From the NCBI GenBank assembly GCA_043788035.1, contig JAYVUJ010000071.1, positions 1-33,204 on the forward strand: a DNA stretch of 33,204 nucleotides, read 5' to 3'. Of this stretch, positions 1-9,465 are shown piece after piece; the stretch's first letter is position 1; every line of letters begins with the position of its first letter. The notes below the pieces were generated by a model. It saw only the letters and a program-made list of their open reading frames with translations. It was not told the DNA's origin and ran no database searches. A program made the translations under genes and the position numbers. This DNA comes from Ferruginibacter sp. (GTDB lineage Bacteria > Bacteroidota > Bacteroidia > Chitinophagales > Chitinophagaceae).

Positions 1-798
1 AGAAACTACCAAGATACATAGCGTTGCAGGCAAGCTGCCAGAAAATGCTACACTAATATCTAAACGTCCGTACTGCAGCCCGCATCATACAATTTCGGAT
101 GTGGCTTTGGTTGGAGACGGCGGCAACCCTCAGCCGGGCGAAATTTCTTTGGCACATAATGGCGTATTGTTTTTAGATGAATTGCCAGAGTTTAAAAGAA
201 CGGTGCTGGAAGTAATGCGGCAACCAATGGAAGAAAGAAAAGTCACCATTAGCAGGGCTAAAATTGCATTGGAATTTCCTGCGAGTTTTATGCTGATAGC
301 AAGCATGAACCCTTGCCCCTGCGGCTATTTCAATCACCCTGAAAGGCAATGTACCTGCCCTCCGGGCGCTGTTCGAAATATTTAAATAAAATAAGACGCC
401 CTTTGCTAGATAGGATTGACCTGCATGTGGAAGTAACACCAATGGCATTTAGCGAAATGTCATCAACCCAGCAATACGAAAAAAGCGATAGCATCCGTGA
501 AAGAGTAATTAAAGCACGGGATATACAAGAACTACGGTATAAACACAGTGAAGGCGTATACGCCAATGCCCAAATAAGCAGCAAAATGCTGAAAGAAATT
601 TGTGTTATAAATACTGCCAGCCAAAAATTATTGAAGATAGCAATGGAAAAACTAAACCTTTCTGCCCGTGCTTATGATAGGATATTAAAAGTTAGCCGAA
701 CCATTGCAGACCTTGCCGGCACGGAAGATATAAAAGCCGAACACCTTGCAGAAGCCATACAATACAGAAGTTTGGACAGGGAGGGCTGGGCAGGGTAA
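1..798 (+). pseudogene. comM: YifB/ComM-family Mg-chelatase-like AAA+ ATPase, 3' part, frameshifted (5' end outside window)
   Basis: Frame 2 reads [10 protein letters not shown]...[13 protein letters not shown]...[20 protein letters not shown]...ASMNPCPCG. After a 1-nt shift at 374-375 (GTT CG AAA TAT, expected GTT CAG AAA TAT), frame 1 continues KYLNKI..PLLDRID...LSARAYDRILKVSRTIADL...EAIQYR to TAA at 798. Confidence 0.88.
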
Positions 799-877
799 GC
801 GTTATTAATAAATAACGATACAACCCAAATTGTATTTGGCGAAAAACAACTATGTTTATTGTGTAAATGATAAATAA

Positions 878-1939
878 ATGGCTGCAAAAATTATTATCGA
901 CTGTGAACGCATGAAATACCCGCACACTGGGCTACACAGTTATTGTATAAATCTTGCACCGGCTTTGCAAAAGCTGGTGCAACCGCATTTGGAACAACTG
1001 AGTTTTTTTCTTCCAAAAGAATTAAACGGTTATTTTGGAAAAGAAGAAGAGTATATTTTTCAAAACTCCTTTCAAAAACTAATTTTGCCTTCGTTGAAAA
1101 AATATTCAGTCTGGCATTCTACCCAACAGGATAGCGACTATTATCCTTTAAAAAATAAATTGCCTGTAGTGTTGACCATACACGATATTAACATTATGCA
1201 CAATGCAGCTAAAACTGCAGTCCAAAAAAAACAGTACATCCAACAATTGCAAAAAAAAATTCAGAGAGCCAGCCACGTAGCTTTTATTTCAAATTTTACC
1301 AGTAACGATGTGCGGCAACATATTGACCTTAGCAAAAAAGCATTTTCAACAGTTTATAATGGCTGTACTATCCGTGAAATTATACCCCTGCAGCAGCCAG
1401 CAATTAAACCTGCCGCACCGTTTTATTTCACGCTTAGTACCATTATGAGAAAAAAGAATATGCATGTTTTACCTGCGTTGCTTGCAGGTAATGACAGGTT
1501 ACTTGTAATTTCAGGCATCACCTCAAGCGAAGCTTACAAACAGGAAATTATTGCAGAGGCTGTTAAACATGGAGTAGAAAAACGGGTGATTTTTACTGGT
1601 GCCATAACCGAGAATGACAAGCAATGGTATTTAAAAAATTGTGCCGCTTTTTTATTCCCGAGTTTAACTGAAGGTTTTGGGGCACCGGTAGTAGAAGCTA
1701 TGTATTTTGGTGTGCCCATTTTTTTATCTGGTTTAACCTCGCTGCCCGAAATAGGTGGGGATGTTTGTTATTATTTTCCATCATTTGAAAAAGATGCGAT
1801 GCAAAAAGCTGTGCAAGATGGATTGCTTCATTATAAAGAAAATACAACCGCTGCGGGCCTTATTAAAAAAAGAGCAGCCCAGTTTAGCTGGCATAATGCC
1901 GCAACAGATTACCTGAACATTTACCGGAGTTTATATTGA
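878..1939 (+). CDS. Glycosyltransferase family 4 (GT-B, group 1)
   Basis: 353 aa; VVLTIHD, VYNG and FLFPSLTEGFGAPVVEAM (EX7E) motifs; FSW near the C-terminus. Confidence 0.93.
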   Translation: MAAKIIIDCERMKYPHTGLHSYCINLAPALQKLVQPHLEQLSFFLPKELNGYFGKEEEYIFQNSFQKLILPSLKKYSVWHSTQQDSDYYPLKNKLPVVLTIHDINIMHNAAKTAVQKKQYIQQLQKKIQRASHVAFISNFTSNDVRQHIDLSKKAFSTVYNGCTIREIIPLQQPAIKPAAPFYFTLSTIMRKKNMHVLPALLAGNDRLLVISGITSSEAYKQEIIAEAVKHGVEKRVIFTGAITENDKQWYLKNCAAFLFPSLTEGFGAPVVEAMYFGVPIFLSGLTSLPEIGGDVCYYFPSFEKDAMQKAVQDGLLHYKENTTAAGLIKKRAAQFSWHNAATDYLNIYRSLY

Positions 1940-1945
1940 GCGATG

Positions 1946-2887
1946 TTATTTTATTTTTACAAACATCTTAAAGCAAAATAAATACTTCCTAATGGTGGAG
2001 CGTTTTTTAGATGCCAGAAATTGGTTTTTATGTTTAAAAAACAACATCATTCGCTGAAAATTATTAACCAGGGAAAATTGCTGATAAGTTTTCACCAGTT
2101 TCTTTAACACTTGTTTTTCTTTCACCAGGGCATCCGGACAAGCCTCATAAAAAGCGTTGATCCTTGTGCGGATGCGGCTCATTTCAAGTTTGTTTCTTTT
2201 TGCCTTATTAATTTTATTATGCTTGCGAGTCTTGCTGCCCACCACGCCAAAAATATTGGCTGCGTGCTGCCGGTAACTGACCAGTGGTTGCGGTAAATAT
2301 TTTATTCCTCCATAAAATGTTGCCATGTAGCATAACCACCAGTCGTGCGGTATTACGTCCAAAAATGGCATAGCCTGCTGCAGAAAATATTTTTTCATTA
2401 ATGTGGCGTGGCCATAAATTCTGCAAAATACCACTTGCTGCAAACAGCTATTAAAATCAATAGAGTTTACCCGGTCGGATATATTTACGCCTATCGGCTT
2501 AAGTTCCTCATCGCATAAAATAGAGTCGCAATAGAGCAACGGGTAATTTCCAATTGCGGCCTGCATGTTTTTAATTTTATCAGGATGCCATTGATCATCC
2601 TGGTCACACAACGCTATATAGTCACCATTTGCCATCAGGCATCCCTTCTCAAAATTTTTTATATAGCCAAGGTTGGTCTCGTTGCTGTAAATTTTTATAA
2701 CGGGATATTTAAGTTGAAAACTTTTTACTATTTCTAACGTGTTGTCGGTGCTGCAATCATCAACAATAATAATTTCAATATTTGTATATGATTGGGCAAC
2801 CAGAGAGTCTATTTGTTCTGCCAGATACAAACTACCGTTATAAGTTGCCATTACGATTGAAATCATCGGCCATTTCTCTTTTAACAT
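1946..2887 (-). CDS. Glycosyltransferase family 2
   Basis: ISIVMATYNG, IIVDDCSTD, IALCDQDD (DxD), PHDWW and YRQH motifs. Confidence 0.93.
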   Translation of the reverse strand: MLKEKWPMISIVMATYNGSLYLAEQIDSLVAQSYTNIEIIIVDDCSTDNTLEIVKSFQLKYPVIKIYSNETNLGYIKNFEKGCLMANGDYIALCDQDDQWHPDKIKNMQAAIGNYPLLYCDSILCDEELKPIGVNISDRVNSIDFNSCLQQVVFCRIYGHATLMKKYFLQQAMPFLDVIPHDWWLCYMATFYGGIKYLPQPLVSYRQHAANIFGVVGSKTRKHNKINKAKRNKLEMSRIRTRINAFYEACPDALVKEKQVLKKLVKTYQQFSLVNNFQRMMLFFKHKNQFLASKKRSTIRKYLFCFKMFVKIK

Positions 2888-2919
2888 TGTACCAATTTAT
2901 ACATACGTTTTTAAAATAT

Positions 2920-2927
2920 TAACTTTG
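2920..2927 (+). promoter_or_regulatory. Bacteroidota sigma-70 -7 element (TAACTTTG) for the GT2 at 3011
   Basis: Exact TAnnTTTG match in the divergent intergenic region. Confidence 0.55.
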
Positions 2928-3010
2928 CAAATAAACTAAACTTATTCGTTCCTGTAAATTTTAATAAAATCCCCATTAAAATCTGCCCGTTAGGGCGTAA
3001 AATAATTTTT

Positions 3011-3871
3011 ATGAATATTGCGACAATAGTAATTCTTTATCATCCAAACGAAAGTTGTATAAAGAATATAAAAAGTTATTACGACAACGTAAGTAAAGTA
3101 TATGTTTTTGATAATACAGAAAAAGAGTCTTCTGTTAAAAATGAATTATTAAAATTATCAAAAGTTAGTTATTATCATGATAATGAAAATAAAGGTTTAT
3201 CCGTAAGATTAAATGAGGGTGCTAATTACGCAATTAAGGATGGCTACGATTGGGTAATTACAATGGATCAGGATTCTTTTTTTTTAGATGAGAGTTTTAA
3301 GAAGTACCTGAATTGTTTTACCCAGTTTCAAAATAAAGAAACGGTGGCCATGTTTGGCACTTCAAATTTTAGAACTTTAATAAATTCTTCTGAGCAGTGT
3401 TTATGGCTTGAAGTACAAGACCTTATGACTTCAGGCACATTATTTAATCTATCGTTATTTGAAGCAATTGGCAATTTTGATGAAGCATTATTTATTGATT
3501 TAGTCGACAATGAATATTGCATAAGAACAATTCTGGCCGGTTATAGGATTATCCGTTTTTCTAATATTTATTTGGCTCATGAATTAGGAAATATGGTGTA
3601 TCGCTCCTCCATAAAGACCCTTTTTCTTTTTAAAAAGAAAAAAGAAATACATACTCCTCTCAGGTATTATTATATGGTAAGAAACGCACTTTATCTTTCC
3701 AAAAAATTTGAAAAAGAAAAGACAGCACCCATAAAACAACTAAAAAAAGATGTTAAATCCAGGGTTAAAAAAGGGCTTTTATATGGCAGGTATTCTTTAG
3801 ATATTTTTAAGCATTTAAAAATGGCATTTTCGGATTTTAAGGTCAATAAAATGGGAAAGTTTGGGGGATAA
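3011..3871 (+). CDS. Glycosyltransferase family 2, rhamnosyltransferase-like
   Basis: IVILYHP, VFDN, ITMDQDS, MTSG, FDEALFIDLVDNEYC, HELG and RYYYMVRN motifs; very AT-rich codons. Confidence 0.88.
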   Translation: MNIATIVILYHPNESCIKNIKSYYDNVSKVYVFDNTEKESSVKNELLKLSKVSYYHDNENKGLSVRLNEGANYAIKDGYDWVITMDQDSFFLDESFKKYLNCFTQFQNKETVAMFGTSNFRTLINSSEQCLWLEVQDLMTSGTLFNLSLFEAIGNFDEALFIDLVDNEYCIRTILAGYRIIRFSNIYLAHELGNMVYRSSIKTLFLFKKKKEIHTPLRYYYMVRNALYLSKKFEKEKTAPIKQLKKDVKSRVKKGLLYGRYSLDIFKHLKMAFSDFKVNKMGKFGG

Positions 3872-4110
3872 TAAACTTTGAATTTCTGGTAGATGGTTTT
3901 AGTTATTGGGACTTTACTTATTCCTTTATTTAATACTTATCCAAATAAATAAACCAATATCATTTTTTAAATTAAAAAAAGACATCATTATATGTGTATT
4001 TGAAAGTTGATTTGAAACATATATTTATCAAATATATAAGTAGTTTCTTTTTATTAATTTATTTAGTCAATTTTATAATATTGTATTTTATTCAGTTAAA
4101 ACCTCTAAAA

Positions 4111-4668
4111 GTGAAAAGAAGATTTCTATTGCCAATTAATTTATCAAAATTTTTATTGATCTTAATATTTTTCATTTAATATTAGAAATCCACTTCACTT
4201 CCAATTAAGGATTTAAAGGTTGACACATCCGTTGGGACCTCAACTTCGACACAAAATAATAGAGAAGCGGCTCTTTGTTTAACTCCTTTTTACAGGTACT
4301 ATAATAAAAGTATTAAGGATCATTTTTATACTGTAATGCATAGCGCTTGTACGAGTTGGGATTTTGAAAAAGTTGAATGTACTTTTAATTCTTGGGCTCA
4401 AGGAGATTGGAAATCATTTTATGGATATTGGAATAAAACTGTCACTGATTATTTCTATTCAACTGTTCAAGTCAAATATAGTGGAAGGGATTATGAAGGT
4501 ATAGGATGCTATGTTTTACTTACACCCCCACTAACACCTTCTACTGTAATACCTCTTTACAGATATTGGAATAATAGTGACAAAGATTATTTCTATACAA
4601 CAACCTCAGGCAACTATTCAGTATATATATATGTTTATAAAACAATTGCATGTTATGTTGAACCATGA
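4111..4668 (+). pseudogene. Inactivated putative lipoprotein with three DUF5648-like (PLYRYWN...DHFYT) repeats
   Basis: One frame from GTG 4111: MKRRFLLPINLSKFLLILIFFI*Y*KSTSLP...TPFYRYYNKSIKDHFYT...KSFYGYWNKTVTDYFYS...IPLYRYWNNSDKDYFYT...VEP*. In-frame stops at 4177 and 4183. Confidence 0.72.
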
Positions 4669-4760
4669 TTTTAGCATCTTGAATTTAATATGATTTCACT
4701 ATTAAAGATATTTATACGCACAATAAAATGGTCAACAAAAGAAGGTAATAAATTGTTTTT

Positions 4761-5645
4761 CTAGGATTTTATCAATCGATAATTCCTAAAATAAAACAAC
4801 CTTTTCCCAGTCTTTTTCTCAAACCAAAATAAAAACTTTTCCTTTATAGAAAATCTTTTTGAATTTAAATCTAATTCTATTTGCCAGTTCTTTTTAATAA
4901 TGCGTGGATGCATTACAGCCGGGTGCGAACCTGTAAATTTTTTGAGAGAATCATAATGTTTATCAAAGTCGTATATCTCCGAACTGCTTATTGGTTTAGC
5001 AGTTTCTTCTTCATTAAAATTAAGATAATAGCGATCGGTATCTTTTTGTTTAATGCGCATTTGCTCCGGGCTTTTTACCCAACCGTAATGATATATTTCT
5101 GCGTTAATAAGTACCACATCCAATTTTTTATTGCCAATCCTAAAGCCTTGCGCATCTTTATAAGAGGTAATGCGTTTATCATTTTTGATCATCCGCACTT
5201 CGTAATTGTACCATTTTCTGCTATCGCCTACATAATCGAACGATGCATAAAAATGAAGATATTTAAATAACAACCCCTGTACTTTAGTATTGGTACAATA
5301 CTTTTTTGCCGCAGCTAATATGGTGCCATGGTATTTTTCGTGTATCACTTCATCCGCTTGTAAATAAAATATCCAATCTGTATCTGCGCTAACGTGGGCG
5401 ATAGCTTTATCAGTTTCAACAGCATAAACTTTACCCCCTTTGCGCAGGTTCATATCCCACCCGCTATGCACTATCTTCATTTTATGGGATATAATTGTTT
5501 TTATCAAAGCCTCCGTTTCGTCTTCGCCTTTATCAACACTTACAATCATTTCATCTACCATTGGTAAAATGGATTGGATAGCTTCTACAATAGGATAATC
5601 GTTTTTTACTGCATGGCGGATTATTGTTACACCAGTTATTTTCAT
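4761..5645 (-). CDS. Glycosyltransferase family 2-like protein (Bacteroidota type)
   Basis: DYPIVEAIQSILP, WIFYLQADEV (DxD-like), HFY, YHYGWVK and FTGSHPAVM motifs. Confidence 0.85.
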   Translation of the reverse strand: MKITGVTIIRHAVKNDYPIVEAIQSILPMVDEMIVSVDKGEDETEALIKTIISHKMKIVHSGWDMNLRKGGKVYAVETDKAIAHVSADTDWIFYLQADEVIHEKYHGTILAAAKKYCTNTKVQGLLFKYLHFYASFDYVGDSRKWYNYEVRMIKNDKRITSYKDAQGFRIGNKKLDVVLINAEIYHYGWVKSPEQMRIKQKDTDRYYLNFNEEETAKPISSSEIYDFDKHYDSLKKFTGSHPAVMHPRIIKKNWQIELDLNSKRFSIKEKFLFWFEKKTGKRLFYFRNYRLIKS

Positions 5646-5697
5646 ATAAAATTTATAAGCACCAAAGAACCGATATTTTTTCGATTAAGGGCGGTAT

Positions 5698-5732
5698 TAA
5701 TTATTCATTATCAATTAACCATTTATCAATTG
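5698..5732. repeat. Degenerate heptamer tandem repeat, about 5 units
   Basis: TAATTAT TCATTAT CAATTAA CCATTTA TCAATTG. Confidence 0.5.
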
Positions 5733-5821
5733 CCCCCTGCAATCTTGTCATTTTATCCGAACTTGTACGATATTTGATTGATCGAAACACTTCAATATTT
5801 TAAGACAAACAATTAGCAGGG

Positions 5822-7642
5822 ATGAAAATTTTAATTAAATATTTAAAACCACATAAATGGCTGGTTATTTTTACGCTTTTTTTGGCAGCCATCAATATTG
5901 GGTTTTCGTTGATTGACCCCATTTTATTGGGCAAGATGGTAAACCTTGCAAACGAACATCAATCTGTTGCGCCAAAGAGTAAATTTACATGGTCGGCTTA
6001 TTTTTGGCAGTATGAGCACATTATCCGTAAAGGTAAGCCCTACCTGGAGTTAGGGGTGTTTTACATCTTGCTATTTTCTATTACAGTGGCTATGATAAGC
6101 CGCATTGCTAAAAATTTTCAGGATTATTTTTTGAACGTTATCATTCAAAAATTTGGTGCCAAAGTATTTACCGATGGCTTGCAACACGCTATGAAACTGC
6201 CTTACCACCAGTTTGAAGACCAGCGCAGTGGTGAAACATTATCTATTTTAACCAAGGTGCGGGGCGATGTTGAAAAATTTATGAGCAGCTTTATCAATGT
6301 ACTGTTTGGTATTTTGGTAGGCGTTGTTTTTGTATTTGTATATGCAACCCTATACATTAACTGGCGGGTGCCGATTGCTTACGTGGTAGGTATTGTAATA
6401 TTGACCGTAATCACCAATTTGTTGAGCAAAAAAGTAAAAATCATACAAAAAAATATTGTAGGCCAAACTACCGCACTGGCAGGCTCTACTACAGAATCGC
6501 TGCGCAATATTGAACTGGTAAAGAGCCTTGGGCTTACAAAGCAGGAAGTTGACAGGCTTAATAAAAATACCTACAAAATACTGGGGCTGGAGTTAACGAA
6601 AGTGAAGCGCATTCGTAGCATTAGCTTTATACAGGGCACCATGGTAAATACGTTGCGCCAGGTAATTTTATTTATTTTGATGTGGCTGATATTTAATGAA
6701 CAGATGGACGCAGGGCAATTGGTAACCATGCAGGTTTTCTCTTTTTTTATATTTGGCCCGTTGCAGGAAATTGGCAATATCCTGCTTTCGTACCGTGAAG
6801 CAGAAGCCTCGCTTATTAATTTTAATAACCTGATGATGAAAGCGCCGGAAGCAGAGCCGCTGGCACCTAAGCCATTAGGAAATATTGAATCCTTATCTTT
6901 TAATAAAGTGTCCTTCCAACATCAAACGGCTTCGCATAAAGCAATTGATAATATTAGTTTTGATGTAAAGGTGGGCGAAACAATTGCTTTTGTTGGCCCA
7001 TCCGGAAGCGGTAAATCTACCTTAATGAAATTATTGGTAGGCTTATACCGCCCACTGGAAGGCAATATTTTTTACAATAAGCTCGATGAAAATGCCATCA
7101 ATTTTGAAGACTTAAGGAAACAGATTGGCTTTGTAACACAAGATACTAACCTGTTTAGCGGAACCATAAAAGAGAACCTGATTTTTGTAAACCCCACCGC
7201 CACAGACGAGGAACTGGCAGACGTACTGGAAAAAGCAAGCTGTACCAATTTGGTATTGCGTGCGGAAAAAGGCCTAGATACCATGATTGGCGAAGGCGGG
7301 CTTAAATTAAGCGGAGGCGAAAAACAACGCTTGTCCATTGCCCGTGCGTTGTTAAGAAAACCGCACCTGCTAATTTTTGATGAAGCAACTTCTGCTTTAG
7401 ACTCATTGACAGAAGAAGAGATCACCAACACCATTAAAGAAATTTCCTCTGCCAAGGAACAGATATCTATTTTAATTGCTCATCGACTAAGCACCATCAT
7501 GCATGCAGACAGGATCTATGTATTAGAAAAAGGCGATGTAGTAGAAACCGGTACCCATGAAAAATTACTGCAAGAAAAGGGATTGTATTATGCTATGTGG
7601 CGCCAGCAGATAGGGGAAAGAAAAAAATTACAAGTACTATAG
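5822..7642 (+). CDS. ABC exporter, fused permease/ATP-binding subunit
   Basis: N-terminal TM domain; Walker A GPSGSGKS, Q-loop VTQD, signature LSGGEKQR, Walker B LLIFDEATSALD, H-loop IAHRLST. Confidence 0.95.
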   Translation: MKILIKYLKPHKWLVIFTLFLAAINIGFSLIDPILLGKMVNLANEHQSVAPKSKFTWSAYFWQYEHIIRKGKPYLELGVFYILLFSITVAMISRIAKNFQDYFLNVIIQKFGAKVFTDGLQHAMKLPYHQFEDQRSGETLSILTKVRGDVEKFMSSFINVLFGILVGVVFVFVYATLYINWRVPIAYVVGIVILTVITNLLSKKVKIIQKNIVGQTTALAGSTTESLRNIELVKSLGLTKQEVDRLNKNTYKILGLELTKVKRIRSISFIQGTMVNTLRQVILFILMWLIFNEQMDAGQLVTMQVFSFFIFGPLQEIGNILLSYREAEASLINFNNLMMKAPEAEPLAPKPLGNIESLSFNKVSFQHQTASHKAIDNISFDVKVGETIAFVGPSGSGKSTLMKLLVGLYRPLEGNIFYNKLDENAINFEDLRKQIGFVTQDTNLFSGTIKENLIFVNPTATDEELADVLEKASCTNLVLRAEKGLDTMIGEGGLKLSGGEKQRLSIARALLRKPHLLIFDEATSALDSLTEEEITNTIKEISSAKEQISILIAHRLSTIMHADRIYVLEKGDVVETGTHEKLLQEKGLYYAMWRQQIGERKKLQVL

Positions 7643-7653
7643 TATTTCTACTA

Positions 7654-7765
7654 CCTGATTTTTTAAATACCTGATATCTTAGGTATTTAAGTTTCTACAA
7701 TCAGGCGATAATTGAAACAATAAAGTGGCAAATTTGTCTTTATAAAAATAAGATGGGTTTGCCAC
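7654..7765 (+). other. Two consecutive stem-loops downstream of the ABC transporter
   Basis: TTAAATACCT 7663-7672 / AGGTATTTAA 7681-7690 inside CCTGATT/AATCAGG; then a 16-bp stem 7725-7740 / 7750-7765 with four G-U pairs. Confidence 0.55.
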
Positions 7766-7831
7766 TGTACATTTATACAGACACACAACAAATTATACAA
7801 TGCGATTTTGGGATGTTATTAAATTCAAAGT

Positions 7832-7864
7832 CACTCCGAACTTATAACTTATAACTCATAACTT
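7832..7864. repeat. Heptamer tandem repeat (AACTTAT)n
   Basis: CACTCCG AACTTAT AACTTAT AACTCAT AACTT. Confidence 0.7.
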
Positions 7865-7870
7865 TTAAAT

Positions 7871-7878
7871 TAGCTTTG
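7871..7878 (+). promoter_or_regulatory. Bacteroidota -7 element (TAGCTTTG) for the DUF983 gene
   Basis: Exact TAnnTTTG ending 5 nt before ATG 7884. Confidence 0.65.
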
Positions 7879-7883
7879 TAAAA

Positions 7884-8327
7884 ATGGAAAATAAAAAACC
7901 CAAGCCTGGTTATTTGTTGAGCGTGCTTAACATGCGTTGCCCCAGGTGTCGCCGTGGTCCCATGTTTACACACAAAAATGCCTTTAGGAAATTAAGCCTG
8001 GATTATATATTGGACATGCCTGAAAACTGCCCGGAATGCGGGCAGCGGTACGACCTTGAGCAGGGCTTTTGGTACGGTACCGGCTATGTTAGTTATGCCT
8101 TGGCGGTGGCAGTTTCTATCGCTACGTTTCTTGCATGGTTATTGATAATTGGCGTATCTACCGACGATAACCGGATATTTTGGTGGCTTGGCATCAATGG
8201 AGTTTTGCTTGTGGCCATTCAACCCTGGCTTATGCGGCTTAGCCGGGTTATTTATTTATACTTTTTTGTCAGGTATGATGAAGGGTATAAAAAATCGGAC
8301 CCATTTGAGTTTGATCATAAATTATAG
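7884..8327 (+). CDS. DUF983 family membrane protein with two CxxC pairs
   Basis: RCPRCRRG, CPECG and EQGFWYGTGYVSYAL, followed by two TM helices. Confidence 0.85.
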   Translation: MENKKPKPGYLLSVLNMRCPRCRRGPMFTHKNAFRKLSLDYILDMPENCPECGQRYDLEQGFWYGTGYVSYALAVAVSIATFLAWLLIIGVSTDDNRIFWWLGINGVLLVAIQPWLMRLSRVIYLYFFVRYDEGYKKSDPFEFDHKL

Positions 8328-8389
8328 CTACTACAATTATCATTAAGCCTGAATGATTTTTCACTTTTATAGCGGCAGGTAATTTTCTA

Positions 8390-9283
8390 TTGAACTATTT
8401 AAAGCCCTATCCAAGCAACAACGTTTTGAAGCTATTTAACTTTCTCATCAATACCAATATTTATATTTCTCTGGCTGCAGTTTCGCTGGCTTTGGCAACG
8501 CAGGTGCAGTTAGGTATGCGGCCTCAGTTTCACCCTTACTTATTGCTTCTTTTTTTTGCTACTATTTTTGATTATAACCTGCACCGGCTTATAACCATAC
8601 TTACCAATAAAGAGGCCTTAAACAGCGATAAGCACCATTGGGTAAAACAGAACCTGTTATTATTTTATTTGTTGGTAGCCATATCAGTAACCGGCTTTAT
8701 ATGCACAATTTTTTATGCCGATATTAAAGTACTGATAACATTGGCGCCCATTGCAATGCTTACATTATTTTATTCGCTGCCTGTTTTTAAAAGCAAAAAA
8801 ACTGTTTTCCGGTTAAGAGAAATTCCCTGTTTAAAAATTTTCCTGATCTCTTTTGTTTGGGCAGCATCAACTATTTTTCTGCCTATTATTCAATCGGGAT
8901 TACATTTTAGCAAGGCACATGTTTTCGCTATGCTGGCAGAACGGTTTGTATTTGTTTTTGCCATCACTATACCGTTTGATATCAGGGATATGGAGGCAGA
9001 TAAAAAAGAAAAACTAAAAACCATCCCATTGCTAATTGGTAAAAAATTGGCGATGCTAGTTGCCAACATATCGCTGTTACTGTTTATAGTGCTTTGCCTG
9101 ATACATTACCAGCGCGAAGTTTTTATGCTGATTAATTTTGCATTTGCTTTATCTGCGGTAAGCACATTTTTCTTTTTAAATAGCAAGTGGGTACAAGCGC
9201 GTAAAATGTATCATTACGGCATTTTAGATGGTACGTTGCTGCTGCAAGGGTTGCTGGTGCTGGTTTGTTATTACCTGCATTAA
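8390..9283 (+). CDS. UbiA prenyltransferase-family membrane protein
   Basis: Multi-TM; DYNLHRL, RLREIPCLKIF and the Asp-rich IPFDIRDMEAD...KTIP motif. TTG start is uncertain. Confidence 0.75.
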   Translation: MNYLKPYPSNNVLKLFNFLINTNIYISLAAVSLALATQVQLGMRPQFHPYLLLLFFATIFDYNLHRLITILTNKEALNSDKHHWVKQNLLLFYLLVAISVTGFICTIFYADIKVLITLAPIAMLTLFYSLPVFKSKKTVFRLREIPCLKIFLISFVWAASTIFLPIIQSGLHFSKAHVFAMLAERFVFVFAITIPFDIRDMEADKKEKLKTIPLLIGKKLAMLVANISLLLFIVLCLIHYQREVFMLINFAFALSAVSTFFFLNSKWVQARKMYHYGILDGTLLLQGLLVLVCYYLH

Positions 9284-9465
9284 AGCCTTTGAGCTTAAAA
9301 AGAATTTCTCAGTTTATTTATATGGAATAAAGTTTTCTCCCCAATGCGGCTTTTTTTGTGTTGTATGCAGACCCTGCAGGTGAGCTTCAGTTTATTTAAT
9401 AGCGAGTTTCATATATGAAGATCATTGACCCAGTATTTAAGTTTGGTGCAGTATGCTCCGGTCAG

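Noticed and set aside
370-385. Programmed frameshift in comM
   Set aside because: No slippery heptamer or stimulatory hairpin at the site, and nearby conserved motifs are also mutated.
349-798. 149-aa ORF as an independent gene
   Set aside because: It is the out-of-frame C-terminal part of comM; its first residues are not ComM-like.
3994-4179. 61-aa hydrophobic ORF as a small membrane protein
   Set aside because: AT-rich upstream sequence joined to the signal peptide of the 4111-4668 pseudogene.
4177-4185. Stop-codon reassignment or readthrough
   Set aside because: TAA and TAG end ordinary genes throughout the window, so point mutation is the simpler explanation.
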